The notes under the pieces are model-generated. The model worked only from the letters and a program-made list of their open reading frames with translations. It did not search any database and was not told the origin of the DNA. The translations under genes were made by a program, and so were the position numbers. From the human T2T-CHM13v2.0 reference genome, Homo sapiens, in NCBI RefSeq assembly GCF_009914755.1, contig NC_060936.1: a stretch of DNA of 64,000 nt, one strand, 5' to 3'. This document shows positions 61,080-64,000 of the stretch, in pieces. Positions within the stretch are counted from its first letter, which is position 1. The number at the start of each line of letters is the position of its first letter.

Positions 61080-64000
61080 TTTCTTGCCTGGCCCTGTTGA
61101 AAGAAAAAAAAATACGTTTTTTAAAAATTCTATGAACATCATATAAAAGGGCTAAATTCAACTGCCAATGACTCCTTAACAGTCCTTATGGCTTTTAAAA
61201 GCAGTGAGCACACACATACTCTTTGACCCAGCAATTTCAATTCTGGTATCTTATGTCAAGAAAATAATCAGACAAGCAGCCAAAAAAGCATGTGCAATAA
61301 TGTTTGTTCAATGTCATTTCATAAATACAGAGTTGACCAAATAACTATGGTATATCCATAAAATAAATTCCAATTGGCCCTTAAAATGATGCTGTAGTCA
61401 CTATTTACCTCTCTCCATGGTATTGGTTAAAAAACAAAACATTTCAAAAGAGTAGGGATAGTGTGGATTAAAAAATGCATGCAAAAATCTGAGAGGTGTT
61501 TGAAATGCCATTCATCAAACATGAATCTTGATTACATGTGATTTGGTGCAGTCTCTCATTTTTACCAGGTTTGGGATTAGGGTTAGGTGATTGAGGCACT
61601 CAATCTTAGCTGCAAAGCTTAAGGATTGCCAAAATAAACAAACAAAAACAAAACAAAAAAATCAACTTTCAGTTATTATGATAAATTAAATGTTAATGCA
61701 ATATATTTTTATAAAATTCCAAATAAATGCAGGAAATTCTATAATGAACAAAATATCAAAATTGTAAATACGGACAGTCTCTGACCCTGTACTTGTGTGA
61801 CCCTGAGAGCCAGTGCCTCACTCTACTCACCCAAATCCTGGCCCACAGAACTTGTCTCTATTTAAAATTCTGTTATTTCATTTATCATGAATTTTTTACA
61901 TTAATTTATATATTTAAAATAGTGAATTAAAATATTGCTTATTTTGATTACTGAGTTTTTGCTTTCCCCTTAAATTTTATGCATGAAGCTAGAGCTTCAC
62001 TGGCCTTACCCTAATCCTTGTTCTGATTTCTATACTTTGAGTATCATTCAAATTTCTCAGTGAGCTGGTGTAACTGTTACAATGAGAAAAATAATAAAGA
62101 TATATTCATTTTGGGGATAAAGGACACCCAGGAGTTTATATTTAAAAATGTGCCCGCAGCAGAAACAATGGACAACACATTCTATTTTGGGCTACTCATT
62201 TAAATATGTGCCTCAGGAATCTCAAAGAGCCATATATAAGAGCTAAATATCCCGGAAGCAGAGCAGCAGATGATTAAGAACACAGACTCTGGACAAGCCT
62301 GATTTTTGAATCTTGGTTTGGTATTTACTTATGTGTGAGCAAGTTCATGTATCATTCAAAAAACATTTATTGAGTACCTACTATGTGTCAGGCACTGTTC
62401 TACGTGTGGGGGACAGGGCAATTTTTAAAAAGACAAAAAAGAACAAAAACTATTGTCTTCATGGAGCCTACATCTTAATTACTCAGCATCTCTGAGCCTC
62501 TGCTTCCTGTTTCATAAAGTGGACACACCTCTTAAGGCTTTCTTGAGGATTCAGTGGGCAATGGATTTAACCAAGTGGGGTGCCTGGCTTACAGACCAGC
62601 TCAGTAAGTGGGAACTATTATGTGCTAATATTTACTAATTAGCATCTGATTTTAGTTCCAGTGGTTATAAAAACAAATATTTAAAAAATTATGTCAAAGC
62701 TTATAAAAGAGAAAAAAATGAATAAAAACTATAACATTGACATTATACTTTTTCAAATGACTGAACATTTTTTCACAGGCATTAAATTCATTCTCACGGG
62801 GGAAAAGAAAGATCGGTGAAAAATTGGTGACAACCTGTGGTTGATGAGTATTTGGAATTTGGATGGCTAATACTAAAGATTTGTAGATTTTCTCAATTTT
62901 ACACTCTGTACTCATCTCCACTCTTAGGATTCTGATCACCTCTTTCTTGTCACATTTTCACTCCTTTGGTCCTTCTAGCTATCTAAATTCACTCTCCTTC
63001 CCACTCTCATTCCCTTTATCCTTAAAGTCTTTTTGCAATGAGCATCTTTATCCATGGGTTCAAGGACTTTTTCACTCACAGAAAAACTGGAAGTTCTGTT
63101 CCTTTAAACCAATTGCTAAGAGCAGATATCTGCTCTTATTCTGTCTCTATTATATAGTTCATATAACATGTAAATGCAATCAGCAGTCTCCAGATGTTGT
63201 TATACTTCTATACTTCCATATGCATGAATTCCTGTATTGATGAATGAAAGGTTGGTGAACAAAAGGGAGGGAGAGGAACAGAACCAGTTATTGTTAGGAA
63301 GGGATTATAAAGTCCCCTTTCCAATCAGAAAAAATGTTGAAGTCAGTGGATGTCTTTGTTGTGCGAAATAAAAATAGCATGATGGCTAAACAAAGGCTCT
63401 GTACCAAAAGAGAGGGAAAATGTTATTGGATTGCATAGCAAATGCCTGAAAGTTCACATCTTAAATACACGTTCACATCCAACTTCCAATAGATGAAAAA
63501 GATCAAAAGCTCAGAAATATCAGGAATGTAAAATGGTGGTGTATAACTGCCAGCCATCCATTTTAGAGGTCGCATAAGCTAAATGATTAAGAACATAGAC
63601 TCTCTCTATGTCCCTTAATCCTCACACTTCAATTTCCCCATCTTTCAAGAGGAATGATGCAAATAGTATCTACCTTGTGGGATTGTTAGGTAAGTTACCA
63701 CGTCCAGCCTTTGGATGGCCTCAGTTGCATAGTATGTGCTATGGGAGTGTAAGCACATGGAGAGGTGCACTCTGAGGGAGGAATGTGCCTGGTGTGTTTC
63801 AGGAACAGTAAGGACACCAGTGGGCCTTAAACACAGTGAACAAAGGGGACAGCACCCCAGATGAAGCCAGAGAGACAAGAAGTCCAAGATCACGAGGGCC
63901 CTGGAGGCCATTTTCTCAGTGAAATGGAACCATTCAATGAATCACTCTGATGCTGAGCTGAGAAGAGACTGTAGAAAGGGAAAAGGGTCACACAGGGAGA

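Noticed and set aside
61094-64000. CCDC38 promoter / first exon
   Set aside because: No CpG island or clear first exon; the ATG exon has an upstream acceptor, so the TSS probably lies beyond the window

Overview
Primate (most likely human) genomic DNA that is almost entirely intragenic. The minus strand carries 12 consecutive coding exons of CCDC38 (coiled-coil, CFAP100/MIA1-like ciliary and sperm-flagellar protein), from the ATG exon at 61043-61093 down to 2653-2788. I rebuilt all 12 by hand with GT-AG boundaries and continuous phase (1278 coding nt, codons 1-426). The first non-coding exon and the 3' exons lie outside the window. The introns are mostly transposon-derived: a full-length inactive L1PA2/3-type LINE-1, a full-length SVA, a truncated older L1P, several L1M/L2 fossils, more than 20 Alus, ERV1/MaLR/ERVL solo LTRs and DNA-transposon fossils (MADE1, Ricksha, MER2). 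I found no convincing new multi-gene system. The most unusual observations are: (1) a TSD-flanked processed retrocopy of an OOSP/PLAC1-family ZP-N gene with an extra intron-like segment; (2) a ~90-bp locally templated insertion with target duplication and junction microhomologies; (3) a recursive-splice-type AG|GTAAAG start to exon 3; (4) an SVA with ~47 perfect CCCTCT hexamers and a 14-nt micro 3' transduction; (5) a ~31-nt minimal Alu insertion. Repeat subfamily names come from recalled consensus sequences, not a search, and repeat boundaries without TSDs are approximate.
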